Part shown: positions 1 to 7,833 of the stretch, in pieces | Layout of the letters: each line of letters opens with the position of its first letter | Position numbering within the stretch: position 1 is the first letter of the stretch | Assembly: GCF_000039765.1 (NCBI RefSeq) | Contig: NC_004459.3 | Location: 2,721,127 to 2,753,126 of the forward strand | Direction of reading: 5' to 3' | DNA: 32,000 nt | Source of the DNA: Vibrio vulnificus CMCP6 | GTDB lineage: Bacteria > Pseudomonadota > Gammaproteobacteria > Enterobacterales > Vibrionaceae | The notes under the pieces: model-generated | Databases searched by the model: none | Told to the model about the DNA's origin: nothing | What the model saw: the letters and a program-made list of their open reading frames with translations, nothing else | Made by a program: the position numbers and the translations under genes

Positions 1-909
1 AAACGCCAACAAGAGCTGTTCGCGGCTGAGCAAGCGTTGGCAGACTTTCAAAACCAATATTCTGCCGACACACCAGCGATGCAAGCGCAGAACTTAACGC
101 GCTTGGCTTCTCTTAAACAGAGCCTTGCAGAGAAAGAAGCCGAGCTTGCTGGTGTGGAAAAAACCTTAGGTTCGCTTGACCAACAATTGTCGAAAACCAA
201 CCCTGTGATTGGCAAAATTGAAGAACAAATTATCACCATCCGCAGTGAACTGGCCTTGCTAAGTGCTAAGTACACCGATCAGCACAGCTCTGTTCAAGCC
301 AAAATGCGCGAGCTTTCGCGCTTGGAACAAGAGCGGCATCAACTGCTGAGTAACCGCAGTGTAACGCTCAATAGCGCTCAACTATGGGATATCGCCAGTA
401 GCACCATCAACGATACCAATGACAGCCAGCCGCTTTTGGTCACTCAGCTGCAGCAGTTGCAGGTGATACGAGGCCGTTATGAAGCACTGAACGAAGAAAC
501 CCTCAGCCTCGCAAACATGATTGGCGAGCTGGAACAAAAAGCCAATCACTTCGGCAATACCGCGAAAGACATCACACGGCTGGAGCGCGACGTCACCGTG
601 AAGCGCCAACTGTATGAAGAATTGGTTCAACGTTATGAAATGGCGCAACTGACAGGCTCATTAGGCATTTTTGAGCAAAATAAACGTGTGAAAGTGATCG
701 ATGTCCCCTACACGCCATCTTCCACCGCCAACTTGCCTGTGATTCTCTTCGTGCTGGCAGGGCTATTTGGCGGCATCGCACTCGGCGCAGGCATGGCGAT
801 CTTCTTTGAGATCTTTGACTCAACCATACGCAGTCAACAACAGTTACGCAGTCTCATCAATGTGCCCGTTTTAACGGTGATTCCTCGTATTCGTGCCCCG
901 CGTAACTGA
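1..909 (+). CDS. Polysaccharide co-polymerase / chain-length determinant (Wzz/GumC/EpsF-like); 5' end lies outside the window
   Basis: Frame 1 is open from nt 1 (KRQQELFAAEQALADFQ...), so the TTG at 37 is an internal codon. The protein has a long coiled-coil segment and a GNVR-like motif (NKRVKVIDVPYTP) followed by the TM helix LPVILFVLAGLFGGIALGAGMAIFF. It ends about 30 aa after the TM, so no tyrosine-kinase domain is fused. Confidence 0.75.
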   Translation, partial: KRQQELFAAEQALADFQNQYSADTPAMQAQNLTRLASLKQSLAEKEAELAGVEKTLGSLDQQLSKTNPVIGKIEEQIITIRSELALLSAKYTDQHSSVQAKMRELSRLEQERHQLLSNRSVTLNSAQLWDIASSTINDTNDSQPLLVTQLQQLQVIRGRYEALNEETLSLANMIGELEQKANHFGNTAKDITRLERDVTVKRQLYEELVQRYEMAQLTGSLGIFEQNKRVKVIDVPYTPSSTANLPVILFVLAGLFGGIALGAGMAIFFEIFDSTIRSQQQLRSLINVPVLTVIPRIRAPRN

Positions 910-930
910 TCCCACTGAATATCACGCCTC

Positions 931-966
931 GCCCACCACAGCATCCGCTTCGGTGGGCATTTTTTA
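931..966 (+). terminator. Rho-independent terminator candidate after the co-polymerase gene
   Basis: GCCCACC (931-937) pairs with GGTGGGC (952-958) and is followed by ATTTTTT (959-965). Confidence 0.55.
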
Positions 967-1119
967 ATCGCTCGTCAAAGCGATTCTCAATATGAGAACA
1001 CTACAGCCAATCGACATAACTCCATGTTTTAATTCAACTAAATCGTTGGCACACAACCTGCTAAATCCCTTAAGCACTACGCGACGCTTTACGTTAATCA
1101 GTTGAAATGGGGATAGGCC

Positions 1120-2226
1120 ATGAACAAAGATAAGCCGAGAAAAACCATTTTTCATGTTGTTCAACATCTCGCTCCCGGCGGCTTAGAAACGCTCGTCCTG
1201 GACATGATGAATGTCTGCTCGACGGATCACGATGTCTACATCATTAGCCTAGAGGGCACAAAGCAAGATGCGGTATTGCATTGGCCTAAGCTGCGCAAGT
1301 ACGCTCGCCAATGTGTCTTTCTCGACAAAGGGACCGGTATCCGCGTTCAGACCATTCACTATCTCGTTAAGTTGTTTCGCCAGTTCTCACCCGATGTGGT
1401 TCATACCCATCATATTGGTCCGTTACTGTATGGAGGGATCGCGGCTCGTTTAAGCGGCGTTGCTTGCCGCATTCATACTGAGCATGACGGTTGGCACCTT
1501 ACCCAGACCAAAAACGCGTTATTGCAAACATGGGCGTTAAAACTGGTTCAACCCATCTTGGTGGCCGACGCAACCGAAGTAAAACTGAGCATTGAACAAC
1601 ATCTGCATCATGAAAACATCATTACCATTAAAAACGGTATTGATTGCGATTACTTTGCCCCTGCAGATAAAACGTGGGCTCGTAAGCAGTTAGATCTGCC
1701 ATTGGACAAGCGTATTGTCGGTTGTGCAGGAAGGTTGGAATCGGTGAAAGGTCAGCAGTGGCTGATACAAGCGCTGCCCATGCTGCCTCACAATGTGCAC
1801 TTGGCGATTGCTGGTCATGGCTCTTTACGCCAAGAGTTAGAGCGTTTGGTATTTACCATGCAACTGCAAGATCGCGTGACGTTTCTTGGCCTTTGCTGCA
1901 CGATGCCGACTTTTTATCAATCGCTTGATCTTTTCTGCTTACCGTCACTCAACGAAGGCTTTCCTCTTTCGACGCTAGAAGCGCAAGCGTGCAACGTTCC
2001 GGTGGTTGCCACCAGCGTAGGCGGCACCCACGAAACCTTATGCCCCCATTTAAGTCGGCTCTGCCCTCCTGCTGACGCCGCTGCGTTAGCGCAAGAAATC
2101 AATGCGTTATTGGTCATGGACCGATCTGCTTTTGCCCACACTTTGCGTGATTTTGTCGTTCGTCATCATAATATTCGTCACATGGTGGCGCAGTACAACC
2201 AATTGGCATTAGGAGCATCTCTATGA
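1120..2226 (+). CDS. Glycosyltransferase, GT-B fold, family 4 (group 1)
   Basis: The N-terminus IFHVVQHLAPGGLETLV is typical of GT4. The C-terminal E-x7-E signature is present (NEGFPLSTLEAQACNVPVVAT). The stop overlaps the next start as ATGA. Confidence 0.85.
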   Translation: MNKDKPRKTIFHVVQHLAPGGLETLVLDMMNVCSTDHDVYIISLEGTKQDAVLHWPKLRKYARQCVFLDKGTGIRVQTIHYLVKLFRQFSPDVVHTHHIGPLLYGGIAARLSGVACRIHTEHDGWHLTQTKNALLQTWALKLVQPILVADATEVKLSIEQHLHHENIITIKNGIDCDYFAPADKTWARKQLDLPLDKRIVGCAGRLESVKGQQWLIQALPMLPHNVHLAIAGHGSLRQELERLVFTMQLQDRVTFLGLCCTMPTFYQSLDLFCLPSLNEGFPLSTLEAQACNVPVVATSVGGTHETLCPHLSRLCPPADAAALAQEINALLVMDRSAFAHTLRDFVVRHHNIRHMVAQYNQLALGASL

Positions 2227-3452
2227 TGGCAACATTGAGTTTCTTTGAGTGGATGATGGCGGGCATTTTTGCAACATCAGCCAGCTTGATTGTTTACCAC
2301 CACGTCGGCTATCCGGTTTTACTTAAATGGATGGCCGGACGAAAAAAACAGGCGTCGAACCTGAGTTCAAACACTCTCCAACGCCATTATCTCGTGCAGC
2401 AAAAAGACAAGATGTTACCCAGCATTACGATTGTTATTCCTGCCTATAACGAAGCGCATTGGATCGCCGACAAAATACGTAACCTTGCGAGCCTAGATTA
2501 TCCAGCCGACAAGCTACGCGTGGTCATCGCATGTGATGGATGCACCGACAACACCGTTGATATTGCTCAAGACACCATCCAAGAAGCGATTTGTTCCGAG
2601 ATGCTGTTCGAAATTCACGACTATCCCGTCAACCGAGGTAAGGTGGCGGTGATTAATGACGAAGTTGCTCAAATCAGTAGCGAGATTACGGCGCTCAGTG
2701 ACGTCTCAGCATTGATTTCCGTCGATGCATTGCTGCTGGCCGCCGCGCATTTTGAACAGCAAGAAACTGGCGTGGTCAACGCCAGCTATCGCATTTGGTG
2801 CCATGAAAATTCGGCAGAGAATGCCTATTGGCAGTATCAAACTCGCATCAAGGCGACAGAGTCTTCAATCGGTTCAAGTATTGGTTCACACGGCGCCTTC
2901 TATCTTTTTCGCACTAAGTTATTTACACCCCTGAGCAGCAATACCATTAACGATGATTTCATTTTGCCAATGAGCATCGTGAAACAAGGTCATAAAGCAG
3001 ACTATGAGACGGAAATGGTGGCACTTGAGCTTGAACGCAGCGAGCTTCAACAAGATTATGCGCGCCGTTTACGCATTTCTGCGGGCAACATGCAACAATT
3101 GATCGCATTGGCGGCGTTACTCAATCCAAAATTTGGGGGAACCGCTTTTACCTTCTTTTCTGGCAAAGGGCTCAGACTGCTTACCCCTTACTTAATGCTG
3201 CTGTGTTTGATCACGTCATTGTGGCTGATGCAGCATGTCATTTTTGCCGCGTTATTGGGTTTACAGTTGGCCATCTATCTCGGTGCGATGCTTGGCCACT
3301 GCTGGCCGACTGCGGCCAAATTCAAACCAATCAGACTGATCCACTACCTCGTCACAGGCCACCTTGCCAATTTACTCGGCGGCTTGCGCTATCTGCTGGG
3401 TAAAGAAAATGGACACTGGACTCGAGTTCATCACGATGGAGAACGCTCATGA
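2223..3452 (+). CDS. Membrane-bound family 2 glycosyltransferase (GT-A, synthase-like architecture)
   Basis: There is an N-terminal TM, a GT2 core (ITIVIPAYNEA ... DYPADKLRVVIACDGCTDNT), an RRLRIS motif at the position of the Q-x-x-R-W motif of processive GT2 enzymes, and C-terminal TM helices. ATGA overlaps occur on both sides. Confidence 0.85.
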   Translation: MMATLSFFEWMMAGIFATSASLIVYHHVGYPVLLKWMAGRKKQASNLSSNTLQRHYLVQQKDKMLPSITIVIPAYNEAHWIADKIRNLASLDYPADKLRVVIACDGCTDNTVDIAQDTIQEAICSEMLFEIHDYPVNRGKVAVINDEVAQISSEITALSDVSALISVDALLLAAAHFEQQETGVVNASYRIWCHENSAENAYWQYQTRIKATESSIGSSIGSHGAFYLFRTKLFTPLSSNTINDDFILPMSIVKQGHKADYETEMVALELERSELQQDYARRLRISAGNMQQLIALAALLNPKFGGTAFTFFSGKGLRLLTPYLMLLCLITSLWLMQHVIFAALLGLQLAIYLGAMLGHCWPTAAKFKPIRLIHYLVTGHLANLLGGLRYLLGKENGHWTRVHHDGERS

Positions 3453-4090
3453 AACGTAACGGCTTATTTGAATCGCACATCTTTCGAGCAAAACGTCTGT
3501 TCGACCTAGTGTTTGCCTCGTTAGCATTGCTCGTGACCTTGCCTCTCTTTCCTCTGATTGCACTGGCAATCAAAGCCACCTCGAAAGGCAACATCATCTA
3601 TAAACAGTTGCGTGTCGGACGCTCGACCCCCGAGAAAATGGAACTGTTCGAGATCATGAAGTTTCGCACTATGTACTGCGATGCAGAATCACGCTCTGGC
3701 GCAGTGTGGGCAACGGAAAACGACCCAAGAATTACCCCTGTGGGCCGATTTTTACGCAAAACGCGCCTAGATGAATTGCCGCAGCTATTTAATGTTTTAA
3801 AAGGTGAGATGTCTCTGATTGGCCCAAGACCTGAGAGACCCGATTTTTATCAGCGCCTTGAACAAGAGATCCCCTATTTTGCCGATCGCACCTATGGGGT
3901 TTTACCCGGAATAACAGGGCTTGCACAAATCAATCAAGGCTACGACACCAGTATTGAAGATGTTCGCCGAAAAGTGGGGTTTGATCATAGCTATGCGTTG
4001 AGCCTCAATTCCTTCTCTAACTGGCTGCAGACAGACATAGCCATTATCGTCAAAACCATCATTGTGATGGTGGATGGACGAGGTCGTTGA
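3449..4090 (+). CDS. Polyprenyl-phosphate sugar-1-phosphate transferase (Bac_transf family; small WbaP/EpsL/PssY-type priming enzyme)
   Basis: One N-terminal TM is followed by the hallmark KFRTM...DPRITPVGRFLRKTRLDELPQLFNVLKGEMSLIGPRPERP. Confidence 0.9.
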   Translation: MKRNGLFESHIFRAKRLFDLVFASLALLVTLPLFPLIALAIKATSKGNIIYKQLRVGRSTPEKMELFEIMKFRTMYCDAESRSGAVWATENDPRITPVGRFLRKTRLDELPQLFNVLKGEMSLIGPRPERPDFYQRLEQEIPYFADRTYGVLPGITGLAQINQGYDTSIEDVRRKVGFDHSYALSLNSFSNWLQTDIAIIVKTIIVMVDGRGR

Positions 4091-4091
4091 G

Positions 4092-4484
4092 CTAGTTTTG
4101 CCAGCGCTGACGCATCTTTTCTATCGTCTGTGCTGGCACATCATGAATCGAGCCATATTCACCTGTGCAGACAAGAATCTCCACGCTGAAACCATGGCGC
4201 TCTGCAAAACGCAAGTAAGACTTCATTTCCCAGTGCTGAACAAAGGTATTGCTCACAATCACCGCTCTGCCCTGTTTGAGGTATTGGCACACTTTGTTTA
4301 AACACCAACGATGGGCTTGCTCTAAGCGCGTTGGGTCAAATTGATAGCGGCCTTGCTGATCGACAAAATACATGTCTGTCTCGAGATGAACGGCATGCGT
4401 TTGCTTCGCAAGTTGTTGCGCCAGCGTACTTTTACCAGAACCTGGTAATCCGCGAATGAGTGTCAATTTGGCTTGTTGAGACAT
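4092..4484 (-). CDS. Small P-loop kinase-like ATP-binding protein (AAA_33 / polynucleotide-kinase-like fold)
   Basis: Walker A motif GLPGSGKST lies near the N-terminus. I place the start at the ATG at 4484 (MSQQAKLTLIRGLPGSGKST). The ORF-track extension to 4565 adds a hydrophobic leader with no support. Confidence 0.65.
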   Translation of the reverse strand: MSQQAKLTLIRGLPGSGKSTLAQQLAKQTHAVHLETDMYFVDQQGRYQFDPTRLEQAHRWCLNKVCQYLKQGRAVIVSNTFVQHWEMKSYLRFAERHGFSVEILVCTGEYGSIHDVPAQTIEKMRQRWQN

Positions 4485-4589
4485 AGCGAGTAGAGATACA
4501 GAGAGTAGAAATAAAGCATAAGGCGGACATATTATCAGTTTTTGTCGCGGTATTCTCGTTAACAAACAGAGAGCGTGCCGCTGTGAAGT

Positions 4590-4793
4590 TCATTTGGGGT
4601 TATGGAAATAAACGCGTGCCTTCAGTGTGGCTAAACGCGCTTGGCTGCGCGCCAATATTTCCTGCTGCTGCGCTGCGTTCGATTGCGTCCAGCCTAAGAT
4701 CTCGTTTAGGTGCCGACCGCAACCTAAACAGACATCTTCCTCATTCAAACAACAGTGCCGAATGCATGGATTATCGAATCGTCGCTCTTCCAT
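4590..4793 (-). CDS. DUF1289 (YdhL-like) small cysteine-rich protein
   Basis: The pattern NPCIRHCCLNEEDVCLGCGRHLNEILGW matches the DUF1289 signature (PC-x-x-x-C ... C-x-G-C-x-R-x-x-x-E-x-x-x-W). Both overlapping plus-strand ORFs have implausible composition. Confidence 0.65.
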   Translation of the reverse strand: MEERRFDNPCIRHCCLNEEDVCLGCGRHLNEILGWTQSNAAQQQEILARSQARLATLKARVYFHNPK

Positions 4794-5132
4794 ATCCGCG
4801 CCACCTCAATTGCAAACCTCACTAAAGTATCGTTCAATTTTGGCACCACGTCTTTTTCATCCACCAGTTCGAGCTAAGCCATTGCTCAAATAGTGTCTCA
4901 ATGCTCAATAAAAGTGTGATCAATGGCTGCACTTTAAAAGATAGCGTCTCCTCATGCCTTGTATTTCAGTATGTGGCCCCAATAACATGTGCAAGCGAGA
5001 TAAAACAAATGCTTTGTCTACTTGAGTAAAAGTAGCTTATCCAACGATTTTTGATTCACCGCAATGCGGTGCTTCGCTAGCCAGATTTAGTATTACGCTT
5101 CATTTTAGAAGCCATTTTCAAAGGTAAATTTT

Positions 5133-5621
5133 ATGTCTGATGCACCTACTACCGTTGAATACGCAGTAGAAACTGTTCAACCTGTTGTTGAATCTACAGG
5201 TTCAGTTTGGGGTTATGTGATTGGCGGTATCGCGGTTGTCGCGCTGATCGGCTATTTCGGCTTCAAAAAGCTCAACAAGCCTGCTTTCATCATCAAGCAA
5301 ATGCGTCGACGCAACCAAAAAGAGATGAAAAAACAAGGTATCGAAAGCGCAGAAGCCATGGTCGACCTTGATCTTCTTTTAGATGCCGTTGAGGAATACG
5401 CAACAGAGAAACAGATGAGTGGTACTCAGATGGTGCAACTGCTTGCGCCTATGAATGACAAGTCAAAGATCAAATCTGCGACGGATTTGTACAACTCAAT
5501 GGCGTACATTGCTAAGAGCATTGATAACGTCTCACTTGCAAAATCCCTACAAGGCAAAGGCAAACAAGCGCGCTCAAGCTCTGCGCTTATGGCCGGCCTA
5601 CTTAAACGTGCAGGTGTTTAA
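5133..5621 (+). CDS. Hypothetical single-pass membrane protein
   Basis: AAAGG lies 8 nt upstream of the ATG. One TM helix is present (VWGYVIGGIAVVALIGYFGF) followed by a basic stretch. The gene ends at a strong terminator. I recognise no family. Confidence 0.6.
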   Translation: MSDAPTTVEYAVETVQPVVESTGSVWGYVIGGIAVVALIGYFGFKKLNKPAFIIKQMRRRNQKEMKKQGIESAEAMVDLDLLLDAVEEYATEKQMSGTQMVQLLAPMNDKSKIKSATDLYNSMAYIAKSIDNVSLAKSLQGKGKQARSSSALMAGLLKRAGV

Positions 5622-5659
5622 GCGACGCCTTATTCGTCAATAAACGAATCACAAAGACA

Positions 5660-5690
5660 AAAAGGCATCTTGTTAGATGCCTTTTCTATT
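5660..5690. terminator. Bidirectional rho-independent terminator
   Basis: AAAAGGCATCT-tgtt-AGATGCCTTTT forms a perfect 11 bp stem with A/T runs on both sides. It lies between the convergent genes 5133..5621 (+) and 5715..6095 (-). Confidence 0.85.
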
Positions 5691-5714
5691 TAATGAGAGC
5701 GCAAAACAATTCCA

Positions 5715-6095
5715 CTACTGCATAGAATGTAAGCCGATCATATTGCCTTCCGAATCCTGCACTAACGAGATAAAGCCGTACTCGCCGATGGCCATTTTCG
5801 CTTGAACGACAACGCCACCATGTTGCGTTGCTCTCTCCTGTTCAACCGCACAGTCTTCACAAGAAAAGTACACCAGCGTACCGCCTGCTCCGGCGCTAAT
5901 ACCGTCCATTTTCACTAATGCTCCACTTGCGCCATAGCTTTCCATATCCGATGGGAAGAACCACATTTCTATATCTGTTCCTGTCGGATCCATCATTTGT
6001 TCAAACGTGACTTGAAAAACCGATTGATAAAAATGTTTGGCTCTCTCTACATCATCAACATAAATCTCAAACCAACCGATGGGATTCTTATCCAT
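5715..6095 (-). CDS. VOC (glyoxalase/bleomycin-resistance fold) family protein
   Basis: The product is 126 aa. The N-terminus PIGWFEIYVDDVERAKHFY and C-terminus GYGFISLVQDSEGNMIGLH are typical of single-domain VOC proteins. Confidence 0.8.
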   Translation of the reverse strand: MDKNPIGWFEIYVDDVERAKHFYQSVFQVTFEQMMDPTGTDIEMWFFPSDMESYGASGALVKMDGISAGAGGTLVYFSCEDCAVEQERATQHGGVVVQAKMAIGEYGFISLVQDSEGNMIGLHSMQ

Positions 6096-6336
6096 TTTGC
6101 CTCCTACACGTTGTTATGTTCGCCATAACACTAGTCGATGAGGACCTAATTGCCAGTTTTCTACGTCTTAATAATGAGCATCCCGCCTATTACATTCATA
6201 CATTCACTTAAACTAATATAACCATCAACAAAGCGCTGCTTAGAACAATTACGCTCGCTATGAACATTGCAATTGAACATTGTTTTATTAATTGTTAAGG
6301 TCGCCTTCTCGATTCACCATCTTCATAGAAAGTACA

Positions 6337-6972
6337 ATGAAAAGAAAAACATTGACCACAGTAGCACTGCTACTGACCCTTAGCGCAGCTGCACACGCAA
6401 ACTCTTTTGGCAAATACTCTTACATCGGTGTCGGTCTGCAATACAGCGAGCAGAAGAATGACAGTCTAGGATCATTTCTAGGCTCTGAGTTCGATGGTAA
6501 AGGCTCAAGAGATCTTTTTGGTGTTAACTTCACTGGTAGCTATTCACCCGTTACCATGGATGCTTATGTCAAATACGAGTTTGAAGGTACCACATCAGGA
6601 AATACCGACATCTCCAGCTCGTTTGCTGGCTTAGGCGGTTACAACAATTTCAATACCACTTCGCTTTTCTACACAGTTGGTGTCAGTAAATACGACGTAG
6701 AGCGTGAATACAGCTCCCGTGAAGGTTCTGCGAGGTTCCGAGAGTTTGGCCCGGCAGCCGATCTCGGCGTGAGTTTCCAGCTTGCGCCCTTTTTAGCCCT
6801 CACGCCAAGATATCGAATTTCTTATCTTGACCAAGATGTAATGAATGACTTCAAACTCACTGGGCAGTTTATGTTTGGATCGACTTTCTCGTTAGAGGTA
6901 TCAGCAGGCTACAATACCTACCGAGATTCTGAACAGTTTAATGGGCAAACCGCGGTAAAATTTGCTTTTTAG
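6337..6972 (+). CDS. Small outer-membrane beta-barrel protein
   Basis: The start is placed at MKRKTLTTVALLLTLSAAAHA, a Sec signal with an AHA cleavage site. The sequence has alternating aromatic/hydrophilic beta-strand pattern and a terminal Phe (VKFAF). Confidence 0.75.
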   Translation: MKRKTLTTVALLLTLSAAAHANSFGKYSYIGVGLQYSEQKNDSLGSFLGSEFDGKGSRDLFGVNFTGSYSPVTMDAYVKYEFEGTTSGNTDISSSFAGLGGYNNFNTTSLFYTVGVSKYDVEREYSSREGSARFREFGPAADLGVSFQLAPFLALTPRYRISYLDQDVMNDFKLTGQFMFGSTFSLEVSAGYNTYRDSEQFNGQTAVKFAF

Positions 6973-7005
6973 CGGCAAGATCCAACGCACTCTTCGCACG
7001 CGAAA

Positions 7006-7036
7006 GACAAAAAAAGAGCACCTCGATGGGTGCTCT
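7006..7036 (-). terminator. Rho-independent terminator for the minus-strand 45-aa gene
   Basis: AGAGCACC (7015-7022) pairs with GGTGCTCT (7029-7036). On the minus strand the hairpin is followed by TTTTTTT (complement of the A-run at 7008-7015). Confidence 0.6.
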
Positions 7037-7056
7037 CTCATTATGAAACCTAGCCG

Positions 7057-7194
7057 TTATAGCCCGCCTTCCTGCTGAGCTTGCTTTACTAATGCCTGAC
7101 GTTGAGTTTCCTTATCTGTTACCACTTTATTTTCCTTTTCCTGAGTTTGTTCAACAGCTTGTGGAACAAATACAAAGTACTTATTAATAGTCAT
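7057..7194 (-). CDS. Unlisted 45-aa hydrophilic protein (MTINKYFVFVPQAVEQTQEKENKVVTDKETQRQALVKQAQQEGGL)
   Basis: This is my own reverse-complement translation; the ORF is below the track cutoff. GAGG lies 8 nt upstream of the ATG. An extended -10-like TGaTTTAAA lies upstream, and a dedicated terminator follows at 7006-7036. Confidence 0.5.
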   Translation of the reverse strand: MTINKYFVFVPQAVEQTQEKENKVVTDKETQRQALVKQAQQEGGL

Positions 7195-7284
7195 CTTAAG
7201 AACCTCGGTTGTAATTTAAATCACCTTCCCGGTAAGCATTTAACAACATCGACTCACAAACGAATCGACTCCATGTTGGCGGTT

Positions 7285-7321
7285 TCAAAAAATAGAGGAT
7301 GTTTAAATATTAAACATCCTC
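7285..7321 (-). terminator. Rho-independent terminator (minus strand)
   Basis: GAGGATGTTTAA-ata-TTAAACATCCTC forms a perfect 12 bp stem (7295-7321). On the minus strand it is followed by TATTTTTTG. Confidence 0.6.
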
Positions 7322-7331
7322 CATATGCACG

Positions 7332-7517
7332 CTAATTATAGGATGAGTTCAGGGGCGTAGATAGACAAAGTGAGACTTTTGACAACATTTTTACGAAATA
7401 CCGCCTTTCATGTTGAATAAAAACACTACCTTCATCAAAGATGTACACTTTTTGAGATTTATTTAGCCGACATTTTATGTATCCATCCCCACCAACTGAC
7501 ATTGTAGGCAGAGACAA
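7332..7517 (-). CDS. Hypothetical small protein (56-61 aa); coding status uncertain
   Basis: The ORF ends 11 nt before the minus-strand terminator at 7295-7321, so some minus-strand transcript must end here. Neither the TTG (7517) nor the ATG (7502) has a convincing SD. Confidence 0.3.
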   Translation of the reverse strand: MSLPTMSVGGDGYIKCRLNKSQKVYIFDEGSVFIQHERRYFVKMLSKVSLCLSTPLNSSYN

Positions 7518-7539
7518 ACAGAAACCATTGGAGGTTCTT

Positions 7540-7746
7540 ATGCAACAGAAACTCGGTCATGTCATGTCATTCAGCAGAATGTTCTCTTTCGTCGCTTTTC
7601 TTACCGCAACGTTTGCGTGGATATTGAGTATGTATGCTCTGTTTACGGTTTCTATCGTTGCTTTAGTTGTGAGCTTATTGCTCTACCTTCGCGACAAGTT
7701 CATCGAAAAATACCATTCCAGCACATCCAAAGAAAAGCGTGCGTAA
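7540..7746 (+). CDS. Small two-TM membrane protein (68 aa)
   Basis: GGAGG lies 6 nt upstream of the ATG at 7540. Two hydrophobic helices are present (FSFVAFLTATFAWILSMYALF and VSIVALVVSLLLYL). A terminator follows at 7780-7806. Confidence 0.55.
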   Translation: MQQKLGHVMSFSRMFSFVAFLTATFAWILSMYALFTVSIVALVVSLLLYLRDKFIEKYHSSTSKEKRA

Positions 7747-7777
7747 GCTTGTTCATTAGCTTTAAAAGTCATTCAAG

Positions 7778-7812
7778 AAAAAAGGATGTCACTTGGACAT
7801 CCTTTTGCGTTT
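7778..7812. terminator. Bidirectional rho-independent terminator (shared with gnd)
   Basis: AAAAGGATGTC-acttg-GACATCCTTTT is flanked by A and T runs. Confidence 0.8.
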
Positions 7813-7833
7813 TATTGGTTTACTAACGATCTA

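Noticed and set aside
4583-4893. Two overlapping plus-strand ORFs (80 and 88 aa)
   Set aside because: Both are antisense to the DUF1289 gene, whose Cys motif is recognisable. Their products are Arg/Ser/Pro-rich, as is typical of antisense frames.
4897-5030. A 42-aa plus-strand ORF and short hairpins (CTACTT/AAGTAG, CACCGC/GCGGTG) in the 4794-5132 spacer
   Set aside because: The ORF has no SD. The hairpins are 6 bp without T tracts, so they are not distinguishable from chance.
7102-7335. A 77-aa plus-strand ORF
   Set aside because: It has a low-complexity F/L-rich start and no SD. It runs antisense through the 45-aa gene and through two minus-strand terminator hairpins.
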